Shown here in pieces: positions 47,740 to 61,200 of a DNA stretch of 64,000 nucleotides (its first letter is position 1; every line of letters begins with the position of its first letter). Below the pieces are notes generated by a model. The model was not told the origin of the DNA. It saw only the letters and a program-made list of their open reading frames with translations, and made no database searches. This stretch comes from Laetmonice hystrix (Eukaryota): positions 16,308,001 through 16,372,000 of the forward strand of contig OZ249436.1 of NCBI GenBank assembly GCA_965235115.1. Direction: 5' to 3'. Both the position numbers and the translations under genes were made by a program.

Positions 47740-48120
47740 AGGGCAATCGGAACGACCGAGCCATTTCCAGTACTTTGCTATTTGGGAACTGGACTCGGAC
47801 AGTGAAAGTGTAGAAATTCTACGGACATTTAACGGGAATCCGCCGGAGGTGTGGTGTGATTGTTGTCATCATGTGGGCGCCGCCATTATGGTAAAAGTCG
47901 AACTGCCGAAATCGTATTGTTGCATCAAATTATGTGGACGTGTTACTTGTTTGCTCACTATCAACATGTACAGTTGGTGAAAAGTTGTTTATATGCACAC
48001 AATCCGAGACCACACCACACCTCCGGCGCATTCCCGTTGAATTTCTACACTTTTACTATCCGAGTCTATTTCCCGAGTAGCAAAGTAAATGGAAATGGCT
48101 CGGTTGTTCTGATTGGTTCG
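47740..48120. mobile_element. Degenerate MITE with ~80-bp inverted arms
   Basis: CCGAGCCATTTCCAGTACTTTGCTA...GTGTAGAAATT versus AATTTCTACAC...TAGCAAAGTAAATGGAAATGGCTCGG. Confidence 0.5.
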
Positions 48121-48554
48121 TGCGGTACCGCACGAAGAATTATTAGGGCGAAAGCAGATGGCGCTGCGATCTTTTCTCCGGTAACAAAAGCCTGGCTGTC
48201 ATGAGTGGGGAATCGCTCTAAGCGTCTCAACCCCAAGCGCGGGAGGATGAGACGATTTAGGAACCTGCGTAAAACAGTACCAGACCTGCCAACATAATCA
48301 AATTTTTGTGAGTAGCAACTTTCAGCCCCATGCCCTGAAGGGGCATAGCCAGGACACGTGCCTGTTCATGTTGGCCCTAACACTAACACTAAGACGAAAC
48401 TTTGATCGGAAACCTGACCTCACTCAGTTTCGGCTAGTTATGCTAGGGGTAGGCCTAAATGTGACATAAATTATGTTGGTTTAAAAGTATCATATTGTAT
48501 TTAAACGTATTACAGACTCGCGATTCAAGATTTCTCGGGTCGAGACTTTTCCAT

Positions 48555-48942
48555 TAGCCTGGTGCCCTGCCTACCAGACGCATCCGCTATGTTAGGCCAG
48601 GTGATGGCTGGCAGACAACCGCGAAACGGAAGTGATCAGACTCAAAGCACTTCCGCTTCCGTTCCGTTGGTCAGCGTTAACGGAGTGACCGACCTGTGTT
48701 TGGAGATTGGCCAACATGCCCATGCGTATGCAGACAGTAGCAGGTGTGGGGACCGAAAAGCGAGGACATTTAACACTTGTATTTTAAATGGATTGACGAA
48801 AATATCTGTATCTTGTTGGAGAAATAGGCCCATACGGAGGGTACGGAACTACCTCGTTTGTGGCCATGTTTTCGATGGGCCAATCACAATGCTCTCTTCG
48901 ATTAACCTTCTACGTAGTCAATATAGACCTGGGGACCAGGCT
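48555..48942. mobile_element. MITE with TAGCCTGGT...ACCAGGCTA ends (short copy at 7210-7276)
   Basis: Both loci share the ends TAGCCTGGT(G/C)(C/T)CCTGCCTACCAGA and GTCAATATAGACCTGGGGAC(C/T)AGGCTA. Confidence 0.5.
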
Positions 48943-50775
48943 ACTTTTCCATTGGGTAATAATAAAGAAGTTTTGACGCACGTGGTGTTGTCAGAAACCC
49001 GATTTCAACAACCATTCACTCTAGCTTCAGCAACGCAACGTGAAATCAAGAGCCCCAAGAGATAACGCCTCCAAGATGGGAAACAACATGAGAACAGAAA
49101 ACTTTGCCGTCTAATAACGGCATCTCTTCACAATTCTTGGATTATATTCAATTCGCAGATATGGGTTGAAGAACTCTAATATTGGGTGGAACCCCAAAAC
49201 GGCTCGGAAATCAAAGTACGCAGGAGTAGCTGATTCTAAGCATTGCAGGCCAACTCGTTTGGCCTTCGCCATTGTGTAATGGCCGGCGGATATTCTCGAC
49301 AAGAGGACATCCCGCCAGGGACAGACACAAACCGTCTTTCACAAGCATCCATAGAGCCAAACACACACCTGGGGGTCCCTGGCATCATCACCCACCAGCT
49401 AGACTTCTAAAGACGTGCACCTTTTGTTATCAGTCTTAAGGCTATGTAGATTTCAAAAGGCCGCATCTTGACAGCATGGCAATGGGCCGACTCTGCTTGC
49501 CAGCGTGTCCCGTCTGGTATTGTGATCGCGGCATAGCTAGGGTCCTCAGCTGGTCCTCCTGCTCCACGATCTTGCTGTTGCTTGGAATTTCCAACGCATT
49601 GAAGTCCTGTGACGTGCCAAATGTTGATTTCTGGAGGCTACACTTATTTCACGCTGCTTTTAACATCACAATTCTATTTAATCGCCTGATGTATCATCTG
49701 CGTATTGTTCTATATGTAGTCACTAGTCGAGACGTGCATGCCGCCCGCATTCAGGCAATGAGAACCCTTATACAGGTCTGATCGGGTGGGCAGGGCCTTG
49801 CCGGGCGAGAGGGTGGTTCGCCAAACCATTGACTCAGTCGACAAGCAATATTTTACTGAACCAATCATTTCCCCGTTGAAATGAATGAACTAGACACAGA
49901 CCGTGACGGTATAATGCATGATATGACAAAGCGGCTATTGATCCCTTTATTGTAATGTTAGAGCGATATAAATTCGCCACATAAAAAGTTAATCCAGTTG
50001 ACATAAATCCGCCATATGAGAAGTGAAAGTAGTTGAAGGCAGCCAGAAGGAGCTTTGCACCAGGTAGGCGTGCACGATTCATTAAACATTCTGTATCCGT
50101 TACAACTCTTGAACATTCGCAGAACTTTCAGGGCCTGGATCAATGAGATGTCATTGACTCCGCGATTATAATCTCTTAATCGTTTAATAATATAACGCTA
50201 TAGATGACAGGCCTCCGCAGTCCAACCATTATAAAGTGCTGTTGAAAAATTAAAATACATAAATCTATCTCGTATTCCCAGTATTCCCAGTATTCCCGAG
50301 ATTCCGCGAGATTACGTGGGTCGGTAGTCATTGCATCCTAGTTTGACCAATCCAGGAGTCAGTTCTCCGTTTCGCTGCTGACTCGGGTTTGAATTTCTTA
50401 CCATGTTAACCATGCACCGCGATGACCGAGGAGTGATAAGTGGGCCCGACTGTTTCTGGTTAATTTATCCATTTAAACGTGTGTTCTAAATCATTATGAA
50501 TGAAAATCTGAGTGTCTGACCTTTCCTTTACTATAACCTATTTTTTACGGTGGCTTTACTTGAAATCTACGTTTGCAACGGCTCCATTTTGTCTAGAACT
50601 TGTCAGCCACGGAGGACGAGATCTCGAACTAATTCTAGTCTGGTATAAAATAAAAAAATGGGGGGGGGGGGGGGGCCGGGTTGGTCAGTCTAACTAGTGT
50701 ATCTCCCGACCTATAGAAAGTAGCCAGAATTGACTGCATCATTAGGCCGGACCGTGTCGGGTGGGCGAGTGCCGG

Positions 50776-51331
50776 TGTGATGTGGTAAAGTGACCCCGTA
50801 GTAAAGTGACCCGGGGGTCAATTTACCACGTGGTAAATCGACCCCCGGGTCATTTTACCACAGTGGAAAAGTGACCTCCCCTGTGGAAAAATGACCCAGG
50901 TTGAATAACATAGATATTAGGCATAACGTCTTTACATTGGAATCTATCGTCATTTTCCTGCTTCTTGGTATTTTTCAACAGTTTTGGCACCTGTTCAGCA
51001 GTACTCACTTTCGCAACTTGCGCAAATTTAAAAGGGCAAACCAGCAGATACGGGTGCTACCTGTACGCCCCTCGGCTAGGGTTAAGGTAAGTTTAGGGTT
51101 AGGTCTATTTGAATTAACACTATTTGCAAATTGCGGAGATTGACAAATTGAGTACGACATGTGAACAAAAACATCCTTTTGTATCCTTTCCATAAATATA
51201 AAAAATAAACAGATCAAGAAATGTCTTAACTTCTCCTTGATGGTCAGATTACCACAGGGAGTGTCACTTTTCCACTGTGGAAAAGTGACCCGGGGGTCAA
51301 TTTACCACGGGGGTCAGTTTTCGATGTGACA
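50776..51331. mobile_element. Ginger-like MITE (TGT...ACA termini, CCGG TSD)
   Basis: CCGG|TGTGATGTGGTAAAGTGACCCC...GGGGGTCAGTTTTCGATGTGACA|CCGG. It is inserted in a copy of the 80-bp repeat unit whose empty site is GTG-CCGG-CTA. Confidence 0.65.
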
Positions 51332-51710
51332 CCGGCTATAGTGTATCCCGACCTATAGGCCTATCGGGTGGGCCAAACAATTTTGGAACACTTTTCTTGA
51401 CTGTAACTTCTATAATTTTTGCCCCAATGTCATAATATTTGGAACATGATATCATTTGGTTATTTGGGGTCTGTGGTACAAATTGCAGATAAATAGGTCA
51501 AAACGTCTACAAATTGCAATGCCGGACCAGGGTCATTAGCGTGAAGCCGCACGTCTTTTAAGCGGGAAACGGCCCTGCATTATTCCACGGACTGCAATAT
51601 TTCATAGTCTATAGCTATGGAAGAATGCCGCCTATGAAATAATGCAGTCATGCAATACTGCAATATTTCATAGGCAGCAATATTTCATAGTACATGTACA
51701 CCGGATCGTG

Positions 51711-52777
51711 CCGGCTATAGTGTATCCCGACCTATATAAATTAGCCAGAACTGACTGCATCATTAGGTCGTATCATGTCAGGTGGGCGAGTGCCGGCTAG
51801 TGTATCCCGACCTATATAAATTAGCCAGAACTGACTGTATCATTAGGTCGTATCGTGTCAGGTGAGCGAGTGCCGGCTAGTGTATCCCGACCTATATAAA
51901 TTAGCCAGAACTGACTGTATCATTAGGTCATATCATGTCAGGTGGGCGAGTGCCGGCTAGTGTATCCGGACCTATATAAATTAGCCAGAACTGACTGTAT
52001 CATTAGGTCGTATCGTGTCAGGTGGGCGAGTGCCGGCTAGTGTATCCGGACCTATATAAATTAGCCAGAACTGACTGTATCATTAGGTCGTATCGTGTCA
52101 GGTGGGCGAGTGCCGGCTAGTGTATCCGGACCTATATAAATTAGCTAGAACTGACTGCATCATTAGGTCGTATCATGTCAGGTGAGCGAGTGCCGGCTAG
52201 TGTATCCGGACCTATAAATTAGCCAGAACTGACTGTATCATTAGGTCGTATCATGTCAGGTGGGCGAGTGCCGGCTAGTGTATCCGGACCTATATAAATT
52301 AGCCAGAACTGACTGTATCATTAGGTCGTATCATGTCAGGTGGGCGAGTGCCGGCTAGTGTATCCCGACCTATATAAATTAGCCAGAACTGACTGCATCA
52401 TTAGGTCGTATCATGTCAGGTGGGCGAGTGCCGGCTAGTGTATCCCGACCTATATAAATTAGCCAGAACTGACTGCATCATTAGGTCGTATCATGTCAGG
52501 TGGGCGAGTGCCGGCTAGTGTATCCCGACCTATATAAATTAGCCAGAACTGACTGTATCATTAGGTCGTATCGTGTCAGGTGGGCGAGTGCCGGCTAGTG
52601 TATCCGGACCTATAAATTAGCCAGAACTGACTGTATCATTAGGTCGTATCATGTCAGGTGGGCGAGTGCCGGCTAGTGTATCCGGACCTATATAAATTAG
52701 CCAGAACTGACTGTATCATTAGGTCGTATCGTGTCAGGTGGGCGAGTGCCGGCTAGTGTATCCGGACCTATATAAAT
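51711..52777. repeat. 80-bp minisatellite (~13 copies)
   Basis: Unit CCGGCTAGTGTATCCCGACCTATATAAATTAGCCAGAACTGACTGTATCATTAGGTCGTATCGTGTCAGGTGGGCGAGTG. Confidence 0.97.
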
Positions 52778-53837
52778 CAACTAGCATTACCGGTATGACC
52801 ACGTTCTCAAAGTGCGTTCGTTTCCTAATGCGTAATGGCAAAAATGCGTGACCTACTGCAGTGACAAACTTCCCGAATACATCAGGAAGTAATGCACAAA
52901 GACTGCAATATAGCAGAGAGAGCCGGGGAGGATAGAAGTAGGAACTTAGTCCAGGTCATGAGATATCTTTGATGAATAATGTATTCTCTCAGAGGTGACA
53001 TAAATACGAGGGCGATAGACACGGCTTCTTGCGTGACACAAGCGGTCACAGCAACGCAAGCCCACATTATAGGCCTACCTGTCAACTCATGGGAAATGTC
53101 AGAGAGGGAGTTTTTTTTTTCGGAGGAGCGAAACATGAATGTGCAACCCATCCTCGAACCCTGTAGAGCGCGGTGCATTGTTTCTTTTTCTTTCGTTCTT
53201 ATTAATTAATTAATTTGTTTATTTGCTCCTGTGGGCCTGGTTATAGAGGTAGACCTAATTCTTTGCAGCTTTGAGTTCATATTAAATTGTAGGTTGGAAG
53301 TCACTGGCCGTGAAATCCGAGTTGCGTTTGCAGCTAGTCTGCAGCCATGCTGTCAGCCCACTCGTGAACTTTGATATCTGATATTTATCGGGAGAAGTAA
53401 GAATCGGGAGGTCGGGAAATAAAGCCGGTGTCACACGGCACGATATTCCTTTCCGATACTCCGACCGCACCCGATCGGGGATCGGACCAAATATCGGGTC
53501 AAGTGATCACAAGGTCGTGTAGTGTGATGATATTTACGATGCGATGGTCGCAGCAATATCGGAGGTGTCAGACTTTTCACCGATTCTGGTTTCCGGTCAG
53601 AACCCTGTTTTCCCTTGGAAAAAGAAGGTTATTTGGGAAAACATGGTTTTGCCACCCGAAACCTTGTTTTCCTCCATGGTTTCTCGAGGGAAAACACTGT
53701 TGTGGACTGGGAAACCTTTTTTCCCAAATTTACCCATTCGGCTTGCCATATGCCTGTGTTCCTGTGTTAACAGACGAGTGTTACTGAGCCATGTGATACA
53801 CTTTCCGAGAGCCGATGACAGTCAGGGCCTATAAATA

Positions 53838-54800
53838 CAGGGTGACCCCCAAAAAACCGGAACCCATACTAAGCCTTCTAAAATCTGTAACTTTCCATAG
53901 AATTTGTTCAGATTTGGTATGCCTTAACTATGATTTATATAATATTATATGCCAAATGTTCTTGCACAGTTTTAGTAAATTCCAATTCATGGTTCGGATT
54001 TTATGCCCCGTTGAAAATATGCTCCAAATACCCCCCCCCCCCCACTGCGTTGTAAATGGTTGTCTTCAACTGGTCAATTGTCTCAGAATTGTTCCCCCAC
54101 CAGATGAGGTCTTGCAAAGGCCATTGTATTCAGTTAAGTGCACAGCTTTGGTAGCCATCTCCAAACATGGGATAATCGGCCCATATTGGTTTGAAGACGA
54201 GAACGGTAACTCTGTCATGGTTAACACTGAACGTTATACATGGGGTGGGTTTGGAGAGCTTTGGGTCAGCGAAGAGGCATAACAAGGGATGAACAATGGC
54301 TCCAGCAAGATGGGGCAACTCCCCACACTGCCAACAAGACACTACAGTGCCCTGCGAGAGAGATTTGAGGACAGGTTCATAAGTAGGGGGTGTGACATTG
54401 AGTGGGCGGCACACTCACCTGACTTGAACCCCCCAGATTTTTCCCGTTTCTTGAAAGACAGTGTGTATGAGAACAATCCTGAGACAATTGACCAGCTGAA
54501 GACAACCATAACAAGGAGAATACCGAGTAACACCGCGTGAGTAATGTGTGCGTGTGATTGACAACTTCGCCCGCAGAATCCAAGTGTGTTTACAACGCTG
54601 TGGGGGACATTTGGAACATATTTTCAACAGGGCATAAAATCCGAACCAGGAATTGGAATTGACTAAAACTGTGTAAGGACATTTGACATAGGCCTATATC
54701 ATAGTTAAGGCATAGATCTCTACCAAATCTGAATAAATTCTATGGCGAGTTACAGACTTTAGAAGGTTAGTATGGGTTCCGTTTTTTGGGGGTCACCCTG
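53838..54800 (+). mobile_element. Tc1/mariner (DD41D, rosa-like) deletion derivative with long TIRs
   Basis: TA|CAGGGTGACCCCCAAAAAA...TTTTTTGGGGGTCACCCTG|TA. Internal transposase fragments IIGPYWFED, QQDGATPHTA, WAAHSPDLNPPDF. There are 41 residues between the last two Asp after correcting one frameshift. Confidence 0.85.
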
Positions 54801-55253
54801 TACGCACTCAATCATGGATATAGTCAATGGACAACTCTGGAGCCATATTTGTCTATACGTCAATAAACGAAGTGCTGCCAGCATCTTGATGCAGATCTGG
54901 ATTGAGGTGACGTGTTCAAGCGTCCGTGCTGACCCCAGGCTCAGAACGTTTCCGTGTGTCCGTCACGTCATGTCGTGCCGCCAACCTGCACGTCACAGCA
55001 CAGCGTCTGCCTCATTGTGGCACGCGCTCCGGAATCGGACGGCACGTTAAACGTAAGCGGCTTGCCACCACAGGGCGATTGTAGGGCCAGAATGCCAGAT
55101 GCAGCTGGCCACCCTTCTGTAGGCATTCCGCTACTCATTCCGTCCACAACCATCGCCATACTCAAGTTGATTCCGTCTTCGACTACGCTTTTCTCCGACG
55201 AGAGTGAATCGGCCGCTTCGCCCGCGGATTCTTTTCGTATAAATACTACGGCC

Positions 55254-58200
55254 ATGGCGCGCCTGTACGGGGAAGTTCCAAATAACGGCACGGCCACCGA
55301 CGTCGAGGCGCTCGGCCGGATCTCCTGGGACGATGCCACCTGGATTATGACCTGTTGTTTTATCATTTTTACAATGCAGTCAGGTGAGTCCGGCTTTCTT
55401 CGTATATTATTCCACAAGGATAACCCTAGTGTAGGGAAAGGGGCGTAAACAACGACGAAAATATCAAACAAAGCCCATAACCTATGCCTATTAAAATAAG
55501 AAACCAAATCTATAACCTATGTTTATACTAATTTAGAAACCAAATCTATAACCTATGTTTATACTAATTAAGAAAAAAAATCTATAATCTATGTTTATAT
55601 TAATAAAGAAACCAAATCTATAACTATGTTTATGATAAATAAGAAAGCAAGGCTATATAACCTATGTTTATGATAGAAAAGAAACCAAGTCTATAACCTA
55701 TGTTTATAATAATGATTAAAAACCAAGTCTTAACCTATGTTAATAATAAATAACAAACATGAGCCTAAAACCCACATCTATAAAATATGCGCGCTTTACC
55801 AACAAAAAAAGACACCCAAAAAGAGCTACTTCTAATTTTATGTAGACCTAGGCCTATATGTCATTTACGTGTTTCAGAAAAATAAAATCAAAGTGATGGA
55901 GAGCCTTGGAAAAATACAAGTTATACTGTAGACTAATGTACGCACCAAACGCAAATTAACCCCCTCCATGCCCGTTTTTTTTAAATTAAGAAACCAAATC
56001 TATAACCTATACGTTTATAGACCAGGCTCCCCTGGACCAAAAAAGCCTGCGAGTGTGGACTGAACTGACCAGTATCCTGGGCTGTCATAGGGGTCCCAAA
56101 AAGCCATAGGTTTCTGAGTGGCTATTTTTCATAATTTTCTGGGGGAGGATCCCCAGACCCCACCTTCGGCGCTCGTATATATGTTGTGCTTCGCCCGATG
56201 CCCCCCCCCCCCCTAAGATTTTCTGGATCGGCGCCTGCTGGAATAATCGGGCAAGTCGTGTGTTCAGACTTCTGGCCCATGTTATACGGATCATTAAATA
56301 AACAGCCACGTAACCAGAGGGTCGTGTAACTTTGCTCCCGGTTCTTTCCGTCTTTATTCGGCCGAGCTGAACTGTGGCAAGTTATAGCCTAAGTAAAATC
56401 AACAAATTAAAATAGCTTGAAATGATGAAGAGGAAACGCACTGATGGTTGAATGTTGTTATATTGTCTTCTCGTTGTGGAGTTACAAGTGTCTTCGAGGC
56501 TGGTGAATATTGTTGCTGAATGTTCTGCCGAGAGCCGCGTATATAAACTATAAATGTTTATAGGCGCACCGGTGTGTGTCTGATGAGGTGGTAACACGTC
56601 TGGTGGCTAGGGCGTTTCCCGGGGATCTCTCTAGAAATTAGGGGTGCGCGACCTTTTATAGGGATGCTCAAGTTGCGGACCAGTATTAAGGGGATGTGGC
56701 TTTCCTTTAGGGTTGTTAAGAGGTGCAAGAGGTGTCAGTGGACACGTAAAGGGCGGGACTGGCTAGTAATTGTGATCACATGCTACCCATGTAGTTGCTG
56801 AATCAGCCTGAGTGCAAGGGGTGGCAGCAGTCGGGATGTTTCGGGAGATAATGCCCGATTTCCACCGGAGACGAGCAAGCGATTTGTTTTGGTGTACGCA
56901 TGCGCTTCAAAAATGGAAATAGTTTATTACTGCAATCTAAACTATTTCTACTTTTGATGCGCACGCGTACACCAAAACAAATCGCTCGCTCGCGTCCGGC
57001 GGAAATAGCGTCCGGCGAAAATATGTAGCTGACATACATCTCCGTTACAGTCGTCTGGGGTCTGACGGGCCGAAAGGTTTTGTTAAAGGAAGAGGACCTT
57101 TTCTACGGAGGTTTCTCCGTAAAAGAACCCGCAAAAATCCCATCCTCTGACTGGATTCTACCATGATTTTTGCTTCTGCTTTAGAAAAAGGGATTTCCCT
57201 AGGCGTGCATGAACCCGTCTAATGTGAAGAAAACTTAGTGCTTTTCAGGCAAGACGCAGAGAGCTAGAATCGAAACTATCCAATCTATGATTTATTATAC
57301 TGTACCTCAACTCGGGTGTAGTCCTCCAGTGTATCAGTCCTCCAGCCGAGTAACATGAGCCTAACTTCTCACTTTACCGCTATTGATCCACAAACGATCC
57401 ACCGTCTGGTCGCGTATCTAGCCTGTACATACGCGAGATATATCTATATATAGATCCACCCCCAATCCAACAAACCACCGTCCGTCAGCGTATCTAGCCT
57501 CAAGACATACCCCCCAATCCAACAAACCCCCGTCCGACAGCGTATCTAGCCTAGACAGACCTCCCCCATCCCAATCCAACAAACCCCCGTCCGACAGCGT
57601 ATCTAGCCTAAAGACATACCCCCCCCCTCCAACAAACCACCGTCCGACAGGGTATCTAGCCTAGACAGACCCCTCGGGCCCACCCCACCCCAATCCAACA
57701 AACCACCGTCCGACAGCGTATCTAGCCTAAAGATCGACAGACCCCCCACCCCACCCCCACCCCAATCCCTCAAACCACCGTCCGACAGCGACGTATCTAT
57801 ATCCTAGACAAACCCCCCACCCCAATCCAACAAACCACCGTCCGACAGCGTATCTATAACCTAAAGACAGATCCCCCCCCCCCAATCCAACAAACCACCG
57901 TATCCATCCTCCTCCATCCATCCAACCACCCAGCGTATCTCGACTATAAACAAACTCCTCCATCCATCCAACCACCCAGCGTATCTCGACTATAAACAAA
58001 CTCCTCCATCCATCCAACCACCCAGCGTATCTCGACTATAAACAAACTCCTCCAGCCATCCAACCACCCAGCATATCTCGACTATAAACAAACTCCTCCA
58101 TCCATCCAACCACCCAGCGTATCTCGACTATAAACAAACTCCTCCATCCATCCAACCACCCAGCGTATCTCGACTATAAACAAACTCCTCCATCCATCCA

Positions 58201-61200
58201 ACCACCCAGCGTATCTCGACTATAAACAAACTCCTCCAGCCATCCAACCGCCCAGCGTATCTCGACTATAAACAAACTCCTCCATCCATCCAACCACCCA
58301 GCGTATCTCGACTATAAACAAACTCCTCCATCCATCCAACCACCCAGCGTATCTCGACTATAAACAAACTCCTCCATCCATCCAACCACCCAGCGTATCT
58401 CGACTATAAACAAACTCCTCCATCCATCCAACCACCCAGCGTATCTCGACTATAAACAAACTCCTCCAGCCATCCAACCACCCAGCGTATCTCGACTATA
58501 AACAAACTCCTCCAGCCATCCAACCACCCAGCGTATCTCGACTATAAACAAACTCCTCCATCCATCCAACCACCCAGCGTATCTCGACTATAAACAAACT
58601 CCTCCATCCATCCAACCACCCAGCGTATCTCGACTATAAACAAACTCCTCCATCCATCCAACCACCCAGCGTATCTCGACTATAAACAAACTCCTCCATC
58701 CATCCACCACCCAGCGTATCTCGACTATAAACAAACTCATCCATCCATCCAACCACCCAGCGTATCTCGACTATAAACAAACTCATCCATCCATCCAACC
58801 ACCCAGCGTATCTCGACTATAAACAAACTCCTCCAGCCATCCAACCACCCAGCGTATCTCGACTATAAACAAACTCCTCCATCCATCCAACCACCCAGCG
58901 TATCTCGACTATAAACAAACTCCTCCAGCCATCCAACCACCCAGCGTATCTCGACTATAAACAAACTCCTCCATCCATCCAACCACCCAGCGTATCTCGA
59001 CTATAAACAAACTCATCCATCCATCCAACCACCCAGCGTATCTCGACTATAAACAAACTCATCCATCCATCCAACCACCCAGCGAATCTCGACTATAAAC
59101 AAACTCCTCCATCCATCCAACCACCCAGCGTATCTCGACTATAAACAAACTCCTCCATCCATCCAACCACCCAGCGTATCTCGACTATAAACAAACTCCT
59201 CCATCCATCCAACCACCCAGCGTATCTCGACTATAAACAAACTCATCCATCCATCCAACCACCCAGCGTATCTCGACTATAAACAAACTCATCCATCCAT
59301 CCAACCACCCAGCGTATCTCGACTATAAACAAACTCATCCATCCATCCAACCACCCAGCGTATCTCGACTATAAACAAACTCCTCCACCCATCCAACCAC
59401 CCAGCGTATCTCGACTATAAACAAACTCCTCCATCCATCCACCACCCAGAGTATCTCGACTATAAACAAACTCCTCCATCCATCCAACCACCCAGCGTAT
59501 CTCGACTATAAACAAACTCCTCCATCCATCCAACCACCCAGCGTATCTCGACTATAAACAAACTCCTCCATCCATCCAACCACCCAGCGTATCTCGACTA
59601 TAAACAAACTCCTCCATCCATCTAACCACCGTCGATGATAAGAAAAGGCAAAAAATTGTTAATTGTTAACGTGTTCTGAGGCCACCAATTCCAGAAGTCC
59701 ATCCGGAAGTCCATCCAGAAGTCCATCCGCCTTTCTGCATCCCTGGGTAAAAGTTCATGAAGTATCTGCAGGCAATAAAGATGCCAATTCAAGTACTTTG
59801 CGGTGATGACGTTGAACGTTGACTTTGAGGCTACATTCGATTGGTAACACGCGGAGCGAGGGAGTAGGTAACGGAGCAGGTGCACTGACTAAAGGAATGG
59901 AACAGCTCGGGCTGGGGGAGGAGGTCACGGAGCATGTGTATTTTGCAAACTACCCCAACTTGGAAACGAGGACTCATGTCGCGAAAAAGCTGTGACGTCA
60001 TAAAATGACGTCACGACCACCCGACACGAGTAACCCTCGACGATCTGGGGAGTATACTCCTGACCTAGATACATGATCCGAGGGTCTCACACTGGATGTT
60101 CTATTGCTGGTCGAGTGGGGCCCGAGTCACTCGTGTTCCCGAATCGAATGTGCCCTGGGATTCGATGTTTGCTGCGGTTCTCCCTGTAGGCCTAACTGGG
60201 TGACCTGAATGGAAATGTTTCGATTACGGCTTGTGTCACGATCATTAAATTTTCGGTAATTCCTTAAAAAAAGTGCTTTATTGGGTGGATTTCTGTCTGG
60301 AAACCTCTACTGAAAACCAGCAAGAAGGCCTACCTTCTGAAAACTTCTTGTTCGGGCATATTCAAGAATCATAAAAGTTTGCTGTTCAACAGTGAACTAT
60401 TTGTCCCATGACGAACAATTGAACGGAATGACTGAACTGGGTACGACTTGGTAATAGTAGGCTGACTACTATATATCTCGCCTCGGCGGAATATAACGAT
60501 ATAAATACGAACAGTATTTGGACTCGTGTCATCAAGACAACAATACGACCGACCGTATCCAAGTCAATCTATGAATAACACCCTTATATATGTATTATTC
60601 GAACGTATTTCTTAAATGTTTCCAGGGTTTGGTCTGCTGGAGTCGGGATCAGTCAGTGCAAAAAACGAGGTAAACATTATGGTGAAAAACGCCATTGACA
60701 TTATCTTCGGCGGAATATCCTTCTGGATATTCGGCTTCGGCATTATATTTGGCCAACCCCAACATTCCAATCCCTTCATAGGCATTGGCAACTTTTTCGT
60801 CGACTCGCAAGAGCTTGAAAGCATGGGAGACTTGTACACGCTATTCATCTTCCAGCTGTCGTTCTGTACGACAGCCACAACGATCGTGTCGGGGGCGATG
60901 GCCGAGCGGACGCGGCTCTCGTCTTACGTCATTTATTCGTTCTTTAATACGTTTATCTACTGCTTCCCGGCCCACTGGGTGTGGGGCGAGTACGGCTTCC
61001 TCGGTGAGCTGGGCACCATCGACATCGCTGGCAGTGGAGTGGTGCACCTGGTGGGGGGCACCTCGGGACTGGTGGCCACCATGATGTTAGGGCCGCGCAG
61101 AAACCGCTTCAAAATCGCCAATAATAATCCCATGGGTTCACCGACCAACGCCATGCTCGGGATGTTCCTTCTGTGGTAAGTACTATACCGCTTGGTGACA

